Assembly: GCA_030704615.1 (NCBI GenBank)
Contig: CM060734.1
Span: 37,696,001 to 37,760,000 of the forward strand
Length of the DNA stretch: 64,000 nucleotides
Source: Takakia lepidozioides
Lineage: Eukaryota; Plantae; Bryophyta
Direction of reading: 5' to 3'
Shown piece after piece: positions 1 to 13,396 of the stretch. The position numbers and the translations under genes were made by a program. Numbering within the stretch: the stretch's first letter is position 1; every line of letters begins with the position of its first letter. The notes under the pieces were generated by a model that worked only from the letters and a program-made list of their open reading frames with translations, did no database searches and was not told where the DNA came from.

Positions 1-299
1 CTGAGTAACGGGCGTCTCGACAGGACAGGCCATAAATGCTATAACTTGGAAACTATGAAGGAACCTAACAGACTATACGCTCGCAATATTACTTACGCAA
101 TGGCGGAGACACGAAACGAAAGAGCAGAGCTTTTTCTCTGAACAATGCTTGCAAGCCCCGCAGGCTTACAAGAGATTACCCATAGCTTTCTGCGGCAACC
201 ATACGTTTCTGCTTTGTGCACTACAGGCATTCCTGCAGTTGTTACAGCCAAAGCAGTTCTGTGAGTCTAAGATGAAGAGAGTGAGAGGAATGGAGGAAA

Positions 300-3200
300 T
301 CAGGGTGAAGAGCACCACAATTCTGCAGAAAACAAACGATGGCTACCCCACAGGCGATAAAGATACTGAAGGAGCTGAGATTGGAAGGATTGCAAAGCAT
401 GGATTGACACTACACCATAGACAGTACATGTTACAATTTTGCAGAACTTTGAGCCAAAGACAGGAACAACAACGGTGAAGGGAGTTGAATTAATGATTAC
501 TCCCCTATACCTCCAGCAATTGTTCGATTGCCAGAAGGTCATGTGTATGTGGAGGAACACAGAGAAAGACTGCAAATAGGGGATTTATTCCAAGAAGGGA
601 GTTTCTTTAAAACTCAGGGTATGCTTGTACCAAAGCTGTGTACCCAGGGTTAAAAGACATAGGCCAAGTATTGAACGTTCTGATTGCCCTGAAACAGAAC
701 CAACAATATTTGAGCAGATCCTTCACAGAGGAAATCCTCAAAGGCTTGAAGGGACAAGAGGTACAATGGGCGGACATAATGTACAACGCACTGGTAGAGG
801 AGATGAAAAGATTACAAGGTACTACCGCAAAATCTCCTATCATAGTGTCTGGCCCAATCATTGCTCAAATAATCCTTAGTTCTGGCATACTTAATGCACA
901 AGAAAGGAAGGAAATGGGAGTGTTTGAGCCAGAAACAACTGCAATGGAAGAGCAAGGCTCTTCACACAGTGAGGGTGGACTAGCAGCACAACCCGAGACT
1001 AAGAGGCAGAGAAGGGGAAAGACTGTAGTGGCGGATCCACTGGCTTCACGGATTCCGCATGATAATGTTTCCCAAGCTCATGACCAGGAGGGGCACAGCA
1101 GCACAAAAGAATGTTATTACTGGAAGCAGGACCTTCAGAGAGGGAGGAAGAAGTTACTTCTGCATCACAACCAACACAGCCACTTGAACGACTTGTCACA
1201 AGGTCACAAGTTATCCATGCAGCTCAACCCGAAATAAAGATTTGGAAAGTGAAGGGATAGATATTCCAACTACAGAACAGATAGTGGCGAAATAGAGAAA
1301 GGGGACCTTCTCTATGAATATTCTGGTCTGGTCAAGCAGACAGAAATCCCAGAGGTGCAACAGTTGCCCAAGAAAAATCCTGAGGTACATATAATGCACA
1401 CACCTGTGTCGGAGGTACCACAGGCGGAAGGCCATGACACTGTAGCACCGTCATAATGAAGTTAGTTCAGGAAGAAATCCGGTGGGACAATGGTCTGAAT
1501 GGTTAGTGAGACATCATACTGTTGAAGATCGGGAGGAACAGCAGCAACCTCACCATGATGACCCTCAACAGGCAATGCTGATGAGTTCCATAGGCAGGAC
1601 ACTTAATTTGTTGGGGACTTATGTCAAAACCCATGTTCCAATTACCCAATTGACAGCCTTGAAAGAAGAACTCAGGAAGGAGTTTGAGGCTCGACTTGCC
1701 ACTGAGTGTTCAAACAAGGTCGAATGAAGAGGTCACTCTCAAGATGAAGCAGGACTTGGCCAATACAGAAATGGCTTTGCAATTGGCCAAGCAACAATTG
1801 ATTGAGGCAGGCCTTGCGCAAGACCAGTTGCACGAAGCACATAAGCAACAGCTATACCAAATGCAGGTGCAGCATGAAAGCAAGTTGCAAGAACTGAATG
1901 CACTACATACGGAGTTGCAGACAGTGCATAACAGGATGGAGATACAATGCGCTACATTTACAACTATGGCTTGACCAATCAACAAAAGAAATAAACAGTC
2001 AAGCGGAAAAAATGTACGAAGGCAGAAGAAGAGAAGTGGGAGCACATGAAGCTCATTGTCGATATGAAGAATACAATCTGTCGCAATGAAGATACTTTCA
2101 AGCAATACAGGCAGATGGAAGCTGAGAATGAGAAATACATCGTGGAGTTGCAACAAACCATCGTGGCAATAGAAATGAAATCGCTGGTCAGTAACAAGGC
2201 TTCGAAAGAAGCCAATAATTTACTTGCTGCCTATGCGCAATTGGTTGAGCCACAGGCGAAGCGCATGAAGCTTTACAACAGCAGTTGGAATTGTATAAGC
2301 TAAGAGAGGAGCAAACTCTCAGGGGAACCACAAGCAGCTTGGTGGATAACAGCCTTATGCAGGTCTGGTTAGCACAAGGGCCAGTAGAGGGCAAAAGCCC
2401 ACGGAAGCTCACCCAAAGCGAGATGAATGAGCTCAGACTGCAGGTGCAGAACATTGCCACAACTACTATAGACAATGTCTATAGTAGGATAGCAGAGTTA
2501 CAAGAGGATGTAGACGGACTCCAGACACAAGTGGAAGACCTCACTTCAAACATCGACCAAAGAGTCTATATCCCTCAGGAACAGCTAATGGCTTCTTATT
2601 TGCAAGCCAGAACTCTGGCTTTTCAGTCTTCACAGGAGGTGCAGGAGATGCCAATGGTACAGGAACCAGTACCACCACCACCACAACAGGTCAGTGTACC
2701 AGTAGCTGAACCTTGTGGTTATACAACCACACCACAGCCACCACAGCCGGAGGTATGGGGCAATGCAGCTTTTAACCCACCTAAAACTCCAGCTGCCAGG
2801 GAGTACAGTAGGGCTATGATTATGCCCTTCAACCAAATTCCCATCATGTTGGATTTGGCTTGGAAAGAATTTAGTCCTCCGCAGTCATTCGCACATTACT
2901 ACCAAATCATGCGTATCTGGCTGCCAGTGGCAACCAGGACTAAAGTTCTTCCAAACAATCGACATATTGAAGATCATCACTTTGCACAATACTGGCACGA
3001 GGCAGGTACCATGTTGAGGGAATTGGTTGCTTTCCAGGTTGTACATGGACTCATTTATACCAAGACCAAGGAGATAGCAAGTATTGTCATGGGGTGCGGG
3101 CTATACTACGCTGCTTGTTTTCTGATACGTTACCACATAGAGCAACAAAAGATGCAAGCACGCTTTCAAAGTTACTCCAGTGGAGATCATTGGGTATTAC

Positions 3201-3823
3201 CTTCGGTGCCACCTCATATGTACCTATATGACCCAAAAGTTATGATACAAAAGGATTCTCAAATTCGTTCATGGTTTCAAGCAGCCTGCAACAATTTGTC
3301 AACACAGAAATTCGGACTTGATGACATTTTCTATAAGGGACATATCGCATGGAAATACTTGCACGCGGCACCAGTAATTGGTACCCCACTCATCTGGACA
3401 GACAAGGAGCTCAGTGTCTACACCAATTTTGCTGTTCAACGGTTACACCAGGTTGTAAAATGCAAACTTCCAGACATGGTAGGACAGCATTGTATGCCCC
3501 AGATGATTCCACAAAAAGTTCGAAAATTAAAACACCTGAGAGGCGATGAGGATTCTGATACAACTGTTTCTTCACAAAATTCTTTTGACATGGGAGAAGA
3601 CTATGCAATTCAGATGGAAGAGAAGAAACAAAGGGATCTCCTATGCCGGAAAGATTACCTCGATATCAACCTCCAGAAGGCCTCACTTATCCAGGTAGTG
3701 ATCAACCATCTCCATCAACCAGAGACAGACCTCGGGCTCGTACACACAGCCCACCACGAAACTCTCAACGTCAACAAGGTGCTCACTTACAAAGGGTTGC
3801 TACTCGGAAACAGTAAACCGTGA
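300..3823 (+). pseudogene. Retrotransposon accessory ORF (coiled-coil, Gln/Pro-rich), fragmented; largest open piece 2285-3823 (512 aa)
   Basis: Consecutive same-strand ORFs 638-1237, 1482-1727, 1684-1974, 2046-2303 and 2285-3823 are joined by frameshifts. Heptad-rich segments are present. No RT or integrase motifs were seen. Confidence 0.55.
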
Positions 3824-3851
3824 GGACACGGCTTTTTGAGGGGGGAAGGGG
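3815..3851 (+). promoter_or_regulatory. Pre-PPT hairpin (TGAGGACA motif) and polypurine tract
   Basis: CCGTG-AGGA-CACGG stem-loop, then a T run and a G/A tract 3 nt before the TG LTR start, the usual gypsy arrangement. Confidence 0.7.
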
Positions 3852-3854
3852 TAA

Positions 3855-5189
3855 TGTTAGAGGACTGTAGGGGACTTAGACACTTATACGGGATCTGTAG
3901 GGTACCCTTAAATTTTGCACAGACTGAGACAAACAGGAACCTTAGGGGTGACAGCAGCGCACTGTAGAGGGGGTTACATAACCCACACAGCCGACACAGC
4001 AGTCACAGCCCACACAGCCAACACAGCCCGTCACAGTCGTCACAGCCCACACAGCCCACACAGTCGTCACAGCCCACACAGCCCGTCACAGTCGTCACAG
4101 CCCACACAGCCCACACAGCCAACACAGCCGTCACAGCCCACACAGCCAACACAGTTGTCACAGCCCACACAGCCAACACAGTCGTCACAGCCCACACAGC
4201 CGTCACAGCCCACACAGCCAACACAGTCGTCACAGCCCACACAGCCCACACAGCCCACACAGCCGTCACAGCCCACACAGCCAACACAGCCCGTCACAGT
4301 CGTCACAGCCCACACAGCCCACACAGCCCGTCACAGTCGTCACAGCAGACACAGCCCACACAGCCAGTCACAGCCCGACACAGCCAAACACAGCCAGTCA
4401 CGCTTGACACAGCTGTCACGATAATAGGGAACGAAGAGTAGGACAGGGAACGACTGTGGGGAACAACACCAGTGAAGGGAACATGTTAGTTCACATACGA
4501 CGGTTAGAGAGGGAAACGGTTAGAACCGCGGATAGGAGGATAAAGGGAAGAACGGGGAATAGGAAGGGATCATCATTATTCGGGGAGGACTTCGGAGACA
4601 GGCGGGAGCGGAGATCGGAGAGCACGATGAAGGAGAAAAGAGGATTAGTAGAAGCTTGTCATATGCAAAGCTAGAGTGATATTGTAGAGTAGATTAGAGA
4701 CATAATGGATTCGGCCTGATACCTGATAAATCATAATTTGATACTTATACGATACAATCACACTGTGTAGAGAGATCTGAGTGAAGCTGTGGATTGAATG
4801 GAGGAGTTAAGGAAACCGATAAATTGATGAAGCAAACTGATACTTAATTATCAATGGTAAGGTAGGAAAGATGAATGCGGAAAAGGAAACAAATAGGAAA
4901 CACCCCTATGATACACTAGCTGTAGGTCATGACTGATTGTTCTGCGCGGGCTGAGTACTTAGAGATTTCCAACTCTTCTATCTTGGAGTTTCCGCCTCGG
5001 ATAGCGAAGGGATGGGTGAGTAAAAGCCGCGCGACAGGCCATCATGAACAAAGCCGACCTTGGCCATTGTGCTGACGTGGAGCACGAAATCAACACCCAA
5101 GGGTTCCCTGCAACCAGAAAGCCAGCGAACAGACTGTCAGAATCTGAGGAGAACCTTGTATAAGAACAGATTGAAGCACTCATCTTACA
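3855..5189 (+). repeat. 3' LTR (~1.33 kb)
   Basis: TGTTAG...CTTACA imperfect inverted termini directly after the PPT. The 5' LTR and TSD partner lie outside the window. Confidence 0.55.
3983..4420. repeat. CACAGCC-based minisatellite inside the LTR
   Basis: Dozens of (ca)cacagcc / gtcacagcc units. Confidence 0.9.
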
Positions 5190-5329
5190 AGCTTGTGACC
5201 ATTTTCTCTTGCCTATAAAGTTACGCTCTGTAATGTAGACATATTCTCAGTTCCTACTACCTTTTAGTACCTACGCTCTCATGTCTGTGCCATCCAAAGC
5301 TTGCTTCATGCCTCACTCTATCATTACAG

Positions 5330-5945
5330 CTCTGTCTATTTTTCCATAGGGAATCACCCCTTCCCGCATCATTGCTCATAGGTCTCCAAAGCCTCCATCC
5401 GCGCCCTTGCTGTGCATATCTTGCAATCATCGCACTCCACGACACCACATCTAGGCTGAAATAGGTCGAAGAAGAAAATGCCCTCACCACATTGTCCTCG
5501 ACCTTGTGTCATGACCCATGGAGGATTTGACTGACCATGAACCCAAGAGGACCTCTTGTGTCTGCTGCTTGTGTCTGTAGTCTGACAATGTCGGATTGGT
5601 CAATGAGAACCACCACGGTGCAGTTGAGCGGGCAGAGATTGAAACACAGCATGCGTTAGGGTTCAACCTGTCTGGCATAATTTCCTCATATGTCTCCAAA
5701 GCCTTCGGACCACACTGTGATCATTGCATTCCACGACACGACATCTTGGCAGCCTTTCGTCGAACACACCCTTCGCATCCTTGGAAAACTCATGGCTGTT
5801 GTCTCACCATCGTGAAGGGTAAAACTCATGCCAACTCTGCTCCGTGCTGCAAATTCAGGGCCGAGTCTGATGAGAGGGCAAAACATGCTGAAATAGGTCG
5901 AAGAAGAATGTGCCCTCACCACATTGGCCTCGAGTTCCTGCTATC
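5330..5945 (-). pseudogene. PLS-class PPR fragments
   Basis: DVVSWSAMIARYAQQG and DVVSWNAMI motifs, interleaved with non-PPR pieces. Confidence 0.75.
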
Positions 5946-6054
5946 ACGATGCTTGGCACTAAGAAAGACCGGACCCCAAAAAACGCTAAGTCCCAGCCCT
6001 GCACATCGCGACCTAGCAGCCCTAAATTCGAGCCAACTTTTGAAGTTTTTGAAT

Positions 6055-6144
6055 GTTTTGCACCCTAACATTATATAAAATAATTATATGGTCCATGTAA
6101 TTATGTGATATTTTTAGCTATATATATATGTTAGGGTGCAAAAC
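6055..6144. repeat. 17-bp perfect inverted repeat around an AT-rich spacer
   Basis: GTTTTGCACCCTAACAT (6055-6071) and ATGTTAGGGTGCAAAAC (6128-6144). Confidence 0.8.
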
Positions 6145-7639
6145 GTAGCCCTGGTTAATTTATTTATTGGGTAAGGTTCATAGTCATGAAATGAGTAGTT
6201 AAAACAACTATTTCTATCTAATACTGATTTATATATTTCAATTTACATGAATTTAAAATATAATTGTGGAGTTGCTAATGAAGTTGTTGAAACCACTTAC
6301 AATTTAAAATAAATCACCTTGTATAGAAACTCACCATGCTACCCACCTAGACCTGAGTTTCTTTTTTGGTCTCTTGTTAAAATTCTATAGATTTTTTCGA
6401 AATATTCTGGTTTTTTCTTTGATGTGTGAGATGACAAAGTCCAAGCATGTCACATAAACAAGGAGTTCAACGTAAGGATGATGCAAGTGATTTGTGGCAA
6501 AAAATGTAAATCATGCCTATGCTTGTTCGTCCTAGTTGTGTCATAGGTTGCAACGGAACAAGGCCACCTTTGAATGTGATCCCATGCTCATTTCACCAAG
6601 GGCATTATAGACTTCATAATGTAGAGATTGAAAATGGGGTGTAGCAGGGGGTGATTCTTCGCTTGCTAGTAGCCCATCGTGCAAATTTCTAAACATGAAC
6701 ATGAAACTCATGATCATTTTCCAATGGCATCATTCTCAAACTCCCCATACACCACAATGTGGAAATTCTATGGTCCCATTTCACACATGTGTGTAACATG
6801 CCATGTAAACTAAGCCAACTCCCGCCACGCTCATGGCTGTTTTCACACCGTTCTTGCCTCGGGTGTGGATCACATGTGAGACACCCCACAGTTAGGGCAT
6901 ATTTTGACCCACACCTTGGCTCACTCTACAGACCCGTGATAAAAGCCGTGGAATATGCCAGGTGTGAGATGGCAGAGCCATGGAAAAAGCCGGTTTCTCT
7001 TCTAGTGAATGACAGCCTACATTTGTTCTAGGAAACACCCAACTCAGCGTAGCACACTAGTTCCTATGCTGAATTGCGTCTGCTACTCTCTGAAATGTAG
7101 CAGGCATTCACCTTTCTGCCCCGGTTGACCCATCAATGACTGGGCTCAGATAAGTATTCATTCCACAACTTCTCCTTATCTCTGTTACCTGTTTTTTGAC
7201 ACTTTCCTGTTGTCACATTGGCAGTATCATGTCAAAGTCACTCCAAACTAGATTCACTCAACCAGCTAACTTGCAAAATTGAACATGTAAATTTAGGGCC
7301 GATTTTGATAAAGAGGGAAAAACAGGGTGAAATGTGTTGAAGAAAATGCCTTCATTAGCAGTGCCTGATTTTATCACTTGTGCCGCTGCTGCCAGTTGAC
7401 CATCTACCCATGCAGGTTTCTTATAGCTATTGATCCACAGGGAATCACAGGTAATCTTGTGCTTGAAATCTGGCCCTCTTGGATGAATCTGGACCCACAC
7501 GAAATCCTTGCTCCTTCAGCTGCTTCTGTACAAATCATGCATATATCCTCACCTTGCTGCTAGCAGCTAACAATGACAGCCTAGAATTGTCAAAGCAAAC
7601 ACTAGCAGGGAAAACAGGGTGAAATATGTTGAAGAAGGT

Positions 7640-8035
7640 ACCTTCACCCCTTTCCCCATCATTTGCTTTCAGGTGTCCAAAGCCCCATCTCACGCTCCTG
7701 CTCTGCACCAAAGCAATGTTCAGGATGACATCTGGTACAATTGCAGATTTGATGATTTCACCAGGGATCTCTTTTCCCTTTTCTAGGGCTGCCGGACACA
7801 TTGCAAACACACACAAACGTTATGTCGGCGGCCTTCACCCCTTCTCCCATCATTTGCTCAAAGGTTGGAGCCTCCATCCCGCACCCCAGCTGTGCATACC
7901 CTGCAAGCATCGCACTCCACGACACCGCATCTCGTTCAGCCACAGTGTTGAACACTCCCTTGGCATCCTCGATGCACCCACATTTGGCATACATGTCCAC
8001 CAGGGCAGGGGCAGTGTTCAGAAGGACATGTGGTA
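7640..8035 (-). pseudogene. PLS-class PPR triplet fragment
   Basis: ALVDMYAKCGCIEDAKGVFNTVAERDAVSWSAMLAGYAQLG...GVKAADITFVCVCN, then a frameshift to AALEKGKEIPGEIIKSAIVPDVILN. Confidence 0.85.
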
Positions 8036-8808
8036 ATTTGACAGGCATTCACCTCCTGACTTGGCTGTTCCCAACCCATCCTGCCATTGGCAAGAGATTC
8101 CACATAAACTGATAGTTGTCTGTTTGACTGTATAACTATGTATCTCTTGCTTTCTTACAGCTTGTACTGTGACACGCGTAATGCTCTTGCTGTGTTGAAT
8201 CATTTCACGCCTTTAGGTTTCAGAACAAACATTACTGTCTTTCTTTATCAGACACGTGCACCAAGATAGAATCTCACCAAAAAACTGTTGGTGTTCAACA
8301 GTACCATACATGAAGATAACTAGCACCAAAAGGGCATATGAAGCTTACACTGCTCTCCACTGGTATTAACCTGCACTAGGACTTTCAATGGCTGTCTTCC
8401 AGTCCACCCACGGCCCGTTGTAAATGGCTGGCAACCTACGCTGATTACCATGAAAATTTCAAAACTGGCTTTACCAACCTAATAATTCAAGCATAATCAG
8501 CATTCAAGCTAAAGAAGCTTTACAAGCATCGTGTTGCGAGTAAAGCCTTGGCAATGTCACCAGGAAATCCTTGGCTGAATGGATGACACTGAAATAATGG
8601 AGCTTGAAATCCAGCCCTCTTGGACGAATCTGGGCCCACACTCTATCCCTGCTCCTTCAGCTATCTATGCCTCTGCACAAAATCATGCATACATCCTTGT
8701 CTTCCTGCTAGCAGCTGACAATGACAGCCTAGAATTGTTCCAGCAAACACCCCCAACCCTATTTATCAACGAGCAATGAGCTAAATTCAATATGCATCTC
8801 AGGGCCGA

Positions 8809-9720
8809 GTCTGATGAGAGGGCAAAACAGGCTGAAATAGGTTGAAGAAGAAGGTGCCCTCACCACACTGTCCTTGACCTTGTGTCATGACCCATGGAGG
8901 ATTTGACAGACAAAAGGACCTCTTGTGTGTGATGCTTGTGTCTGTAGTCAGGGTCGGATTGGTCAGTGAGAACCTGCACCACGGTGCAGCTGAGCAGGCA
9001 GACATTGAAACACGGCCTGCTAAGACCAAGCTGACTCTCCCAAGAACCTTGTAAACATCAGGAAGAATATCAAATCATGGTACTAACAGGAGCCAACAAC
9101 CCACATTTGCAGGATGGACAAACTTCTTCACATCGTACATTAAGAAAAAGCCACACCTTGCGATTGCGGTTGTCGAACCCTCGTGAAGGATCTTTAAAAA
9201 ACTCATGCCAGCTCTGCTCCATGATTCAAATTTAGGGCCGAGTCTGATGAGAGGGCAAAACAGGCTGAAATAGGTCTAAGAAGAAGGTGCCCTCACCTCA
9301 TGACCCATGGAGATTTGACTGACCATGAACCCAAGAGGACCTCTTGTGTGTGCTGCTTGTGTCTGTAGTTAGGTAATATCGGATTGGTCAGTGAGAACCA
9401 CCACGGTGCAGCTGAGTGGGCAGAGATTGAAACACGGCCTGCTAAGACCAAGCTAACTCTCCCAAGAACCTTGTAAACATCAGGAAGAATACCAAATCAT
9501 GGTACTAATAGGAGCCAACAACCCACATTTGCAGGATGGACAAACTTCTTCACATCGTACATTAAGAAAAAGCCACACCTTACGATTGCGGTTGTCCCAC
9601 CATCGTGAAGGATCTTTAAGAAACTCATGCCAGCTCTACTCCGTGCTGTAAAATCAGGGTCGAGCGGGTAGAGATTGAAACACGGCCTGCTAAGACGAAG
9701 CTGACTCTCCCAAGAACGGC
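8809..9720. repeat. ~425-bp tandem duplication of PPR-associated flanking sequence
   Basis: AGGGCCGAGTCTGATGAGAGGGCAAAACAGGCTGAAATAGG at ~8811 and ~9234 (variant at ~5857). The downstream blocks are near-identical. Confidence 0.85.
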
Positions 9721-9960
9721 GAGCTCCCAGCCGAAACCGCCTCGCACACATACCCTAGCGTTTCTAGGGTTGCTTGCTTCAGATGCGAACGTTGCTCCAA
9801 CTGCGGGCCTCCCATGCATGTTTGCCCTCCCTCCCGCTCACTTGCTCTAAGTCCCAGCCCTCTCTCTCTCTCTCCCTCCCGCTTGCTCTAAGTCTGCTCA
9901 CGCTACCGTGATGGGCAACTTTTTAAGTTTTTTAACCTTTTTGTAAACCCTAAAAGCCCC

Positions 9961-10171
9961 TTTTTGATTTTATTTTTATTTTTTTTCTTAAAGGAAACCA
10001 CAGGCCCTTGAGTAGGGGGAAAAATTCACCCGCCTTCATTTATGGGCCATAAGTCCTACAGGACAATCAACGCCCAGACATACCATCACGAACAATCCCA
10101 CACACGGGATAAGGGCAACGGGTTTGAACCCCAAACCACCGGGGCGACACACTGTGCACTTACCAGCCGAT
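9961..10171 (-). mobile_element. tRNA-derived SINE (5' end degenerate)
   Basis: Minus strand has a B-box GGGGTTCAAACCC (10120-10132), a partial A-box and an A-rich tail (T-rich on + at 9961-9986). Confidence 0.55.
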
Positions 10172-10904
10172 GTGTTTTTTTAAAATCTTTTTGCACTTTG
10201 TTTTTTTATTTTATTTAAAAAAAATTCATTCTAATGGTCAGAGTCTCCGTTTTTTCAAAATATAAATACTATATATAACCAGAAAAGCATGTGTCGACAC
10301 GTGCAGTCATGTAGTGATTCATCTATGTGATGTTATGGCAGAATGCATTAGAGTGAGAGTCATGAAGTCATATGTCTGTCTAGCAATATGTACACGTCAT
10401 TCCAGTGTAGCCATGACCGTGACTGGTAGTCATATCTGCCATGCCAATATTCGTGGTCAAACATGTTTGACCTGTGTTGCGCAGAGTCCGGAGCCATACA
10501 GTCGCATATACGCCTTCCCCATACCTGCATTATGACTTCAAAAGCATTTTACGACTGCAAATGGCATTTCTGCCACAAATCTGTCATGACTGCACACCCA
10601 TGGGAGTCATAAAAGCCGCAATCTATTGTAGTGCACGGTGTTGCTCCTACAAGGACATCCCAGCCCAAACCCGGACTGACTCTTGCCTCCACCTACGGAA
10701 AGGTCTTGGCCTAATGAGAGGGTGGAAAAGTACGAGGAAGAGAAGCTAAAGCAATGCCTAACCCCAACATGCCCTCATCCCAACACTCTTTTTCTCATCT
10801 CTTCCCTCACTTGCATGACCATGGGAATATCATGAAGATACTCCTCAAACCGCCCTCCACGAGCTTCAAAATTCGGCCTTCAAGACCACATGCCAGTCCT
10901 TAGG

Positions 10905-11395
10905 CAGTCCACCAGTGCCTCCACGAGTCAGCACAGGCCGTCCACAGGTCAACACGGGCCACCACAGACCAGCACAGGCCCACACAGATCACTGGTCACA
11001 GCCGTCACAGCCCCACACAGGCCACAGCCTGTCACAGCACATCACAACCCCAAAGGCCATAGGCACAGCCTGTCACAGCCCTACAAAGGTCACAGGGGTC
11101 ACAACCCCAAAGGCCACAGGCACAGCCTATCACAGCCCTACAAAGGTCACAGGGGTCACAGCCCCAAAGGCCACAGTCTGTCACAGCCCCTCACAGCTCG
11201 TCACAGCTTGTCACAGCCCTACACAGGTCACAGGGGTCACAGCCCCACAGGGCACAGCCCGTCACAGCCCCACAGGCCACAGGGCACAGCCTGTCACAGC
11301 CCGCCACAGCCCATCACAGCCCATCACAGCCTGTCACAGCTCGCCATAGCCTCTCACAGCCCCTCACAGCCCCACAAGCCACATGGCACAGTTTA
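10905..11395. repeat. Degenerate CACAGCC/GTCACAG minisatellite
   Basis: Repeated gtcacagccc and cacagg units, including ~60-bp higher-order copies. Confidence 0.85.
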
Positions 11396-11856
11396 GCCAC
11401 GCCAAGCTAGGGTTTGTGTCTCTTGGACTCTAGGCTTCTTTGCACCGAGCTATGGCGGCTGTGAAGAAATCAGCAAGGTATTCTTGCTCTTTCGGCTCCC
11501 ACACACCACCAATAGTAGCCCTAAGCCATGAGGAAGATGGTTGCCACAAACCAAGCTTTCTTTCTCATTTAGACTCCCCAAACACGCCACTAAACTCAAT
11601 GGCAAACAACCAAGCCTTGCTGGTTTCCAGCCCTTGTGAGCACTCATTCAAGCGTTTTCCTTGGCCATAGCATCTGTCTTAGAGCCTATTCCAGCCCCCT
11701 ACACCTGCCACTTCAAGAGCCATGCTCTATCTAGGCTTGAGGTCGAAACCCCAACTCAGAACACACTCTACAAGTGTCGGACTGTCACATAAGAGCAGAT
11801 CGGCCCCTTACCTTCTATTCTAGTTCTCTAAAGCTTGAAAACAAAAGCCCAATGGA

Positions 11857-12120
11857 CTGAAGGCATTCTCCACACATGCCCCACTCTCACCACAAGAGAA
11901 TCAGCCCCTTTGCTTCCTTTCTTGCACCCACCAACTTGAAAATACAAGCTTCAGCGGGCTGAAAGCATGCTCCACACATGCATTGCCCTCACATAAGGGA
12001 AGTCAGCCCTTCCCTCTTCCTTGCTTGCCCTCCAAGCTTGAAGATGGAAGCTTCAATGAGCTGAATACATGCTCCACACATGCAACCCCTTCACACAAGA
12101 GGTATCAGCTCCCTATCTTG
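11857..12120. repeat. About three diverged 102-bp tandem units
   Basis: ctgaa..cat.ctccacacatgc at ~11857, ~11959 and 12061. Confidence 0.75.
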
Positions 12121-13396
12121 GCTCCTTGGCTCCTTGATGCTCTCTAAGACAAGACTAAACACTCCACAGCCTTTGCCAAGCTCCTGAAACCCCAAGGCTT
12201 ACATTTCCAGCCACAAGACACTTCTCTTGTGGTGCAAGAACTCTTCTTCCAAGCTCTGAAACCCTAGGTGCACATTCCATGGCCTTGCCGCACCTCTTAG
12301 CTCCTGTTCCAGCCCTGCTCTTGCCATGACAAGAGCCCTCTCAATGCTGAAGCTCGAGATTGAAACCCAATCTCACCATACTCCACAAAGTGCACTGATT
12401 TGCCCCAAGCCAAATCAGCCCTTTCGCTTAGTCTTGCAATCCTCCACACAATGAAAGCTCGCATTCCCAAGTCCAGTTCTCAGCTTTGCCACCAAAGCCA
12501 CTATAACCTGCTCTTGATTGGTCCTCTTCCCAATCGTGTTTGCTCATGCATGTACACAATCTGAAACCATCAAGGTGCTCTGGAATTACATGCAGCATGG
12601 TGCTTTTATCTTTGAAGCTGAATGCCAAGGTCTATCACCTCGTAACCCACATCGCCTCCGCTTCTAACAACCAAGGGCTCCACGGTGCTCCTTGCATAAC
12701 AACCTGGTTTCTCTCATCCTCAAGCAAAAACCACAAGTGCTACAACTAACTCGTGTCTGGCACTCACAGATACGAGTTCATCTTTCTCGAGTGATAAAGA
12801 GGAAGAATACAAGCACAAGCTCATGCGAGCTCACAAAGCTGAAGCATAAACTCATGCATATATAACCTCATCACTCAAATACAAGTCAAGCCAAGTGCAC
12901 CCCACGCCATGGGGAATCCACACTACGGCGCCATAGCTAGGCGCGGTGAGGCTCAACTCGAGAAAGATGAGCCTCCCGCGCTTGCCGTGAAGATAACCAC
13001 TCCAGGGCCTAAATCTGCCTTGACCCCTGGATTGACGCTTTGGCCAATCCCAAATGTCAATATGTAAAAGCTAGCTATTTCCTAGCTAGTTTCACACTAG
13101 TGATAAAATAACTTGACAACGTTACTTGTATTGGTCTATGCCGCATGGGGCGAGACTTACTCAAATTGACATGATTCTGAAATAAAACCTGGTTGTTTAT
13201 CATCAATGTCTCCCCATTGTCTTTCATTTCATGGTATTGTGTCATTGTGCCATGTTTTGTTTATATATTTGATTGATTTGTCTTGTATGCTACATAGTAA
13301 CGGCCTTCGTAATCTCAGTCGCGGTTACGAATATGACTGGTGCTCCAATCATCCATCAGGCCGCGGATCATGAGACGAGTTACCACCTGACACCCG

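Larger units (their letters stand above)
1..5189 (+). mobile_element. 3' portion of a Ty3/gypsy LTR retrotransposon (accessory ORF region, PPT, 3' LTR)
   Basis: Intronless frameshifted ORF chain ends at 3823. It is followed by the hairpin AAACCGTGAGGACACGGCTTT, a purine tract GAGGGGGGAAGGGG (3838-3851) and TGTTAG at 3855. Candidate LTR end CTTACA at 5189. Confidence 0.7.
10292..13392. mobile_element. Putative long solo LTR or non-coding retroelement unit (~3.1 kb)
   Basis: TGTC...GACA termini, no convincing ORF, an internal CACAGCC minisatellite and 102-bp repeats. Flanks (GCATG / CCCGT) do not form a TSD. Confidence 0.4.

Noticed and set aside
3915-4424. QPT-repeat, CVG-repeat and similar ORFs (also 10890-11396)
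   Set aside because: By-products of the CACAGCC minisatellite, open in several frames on both strands.
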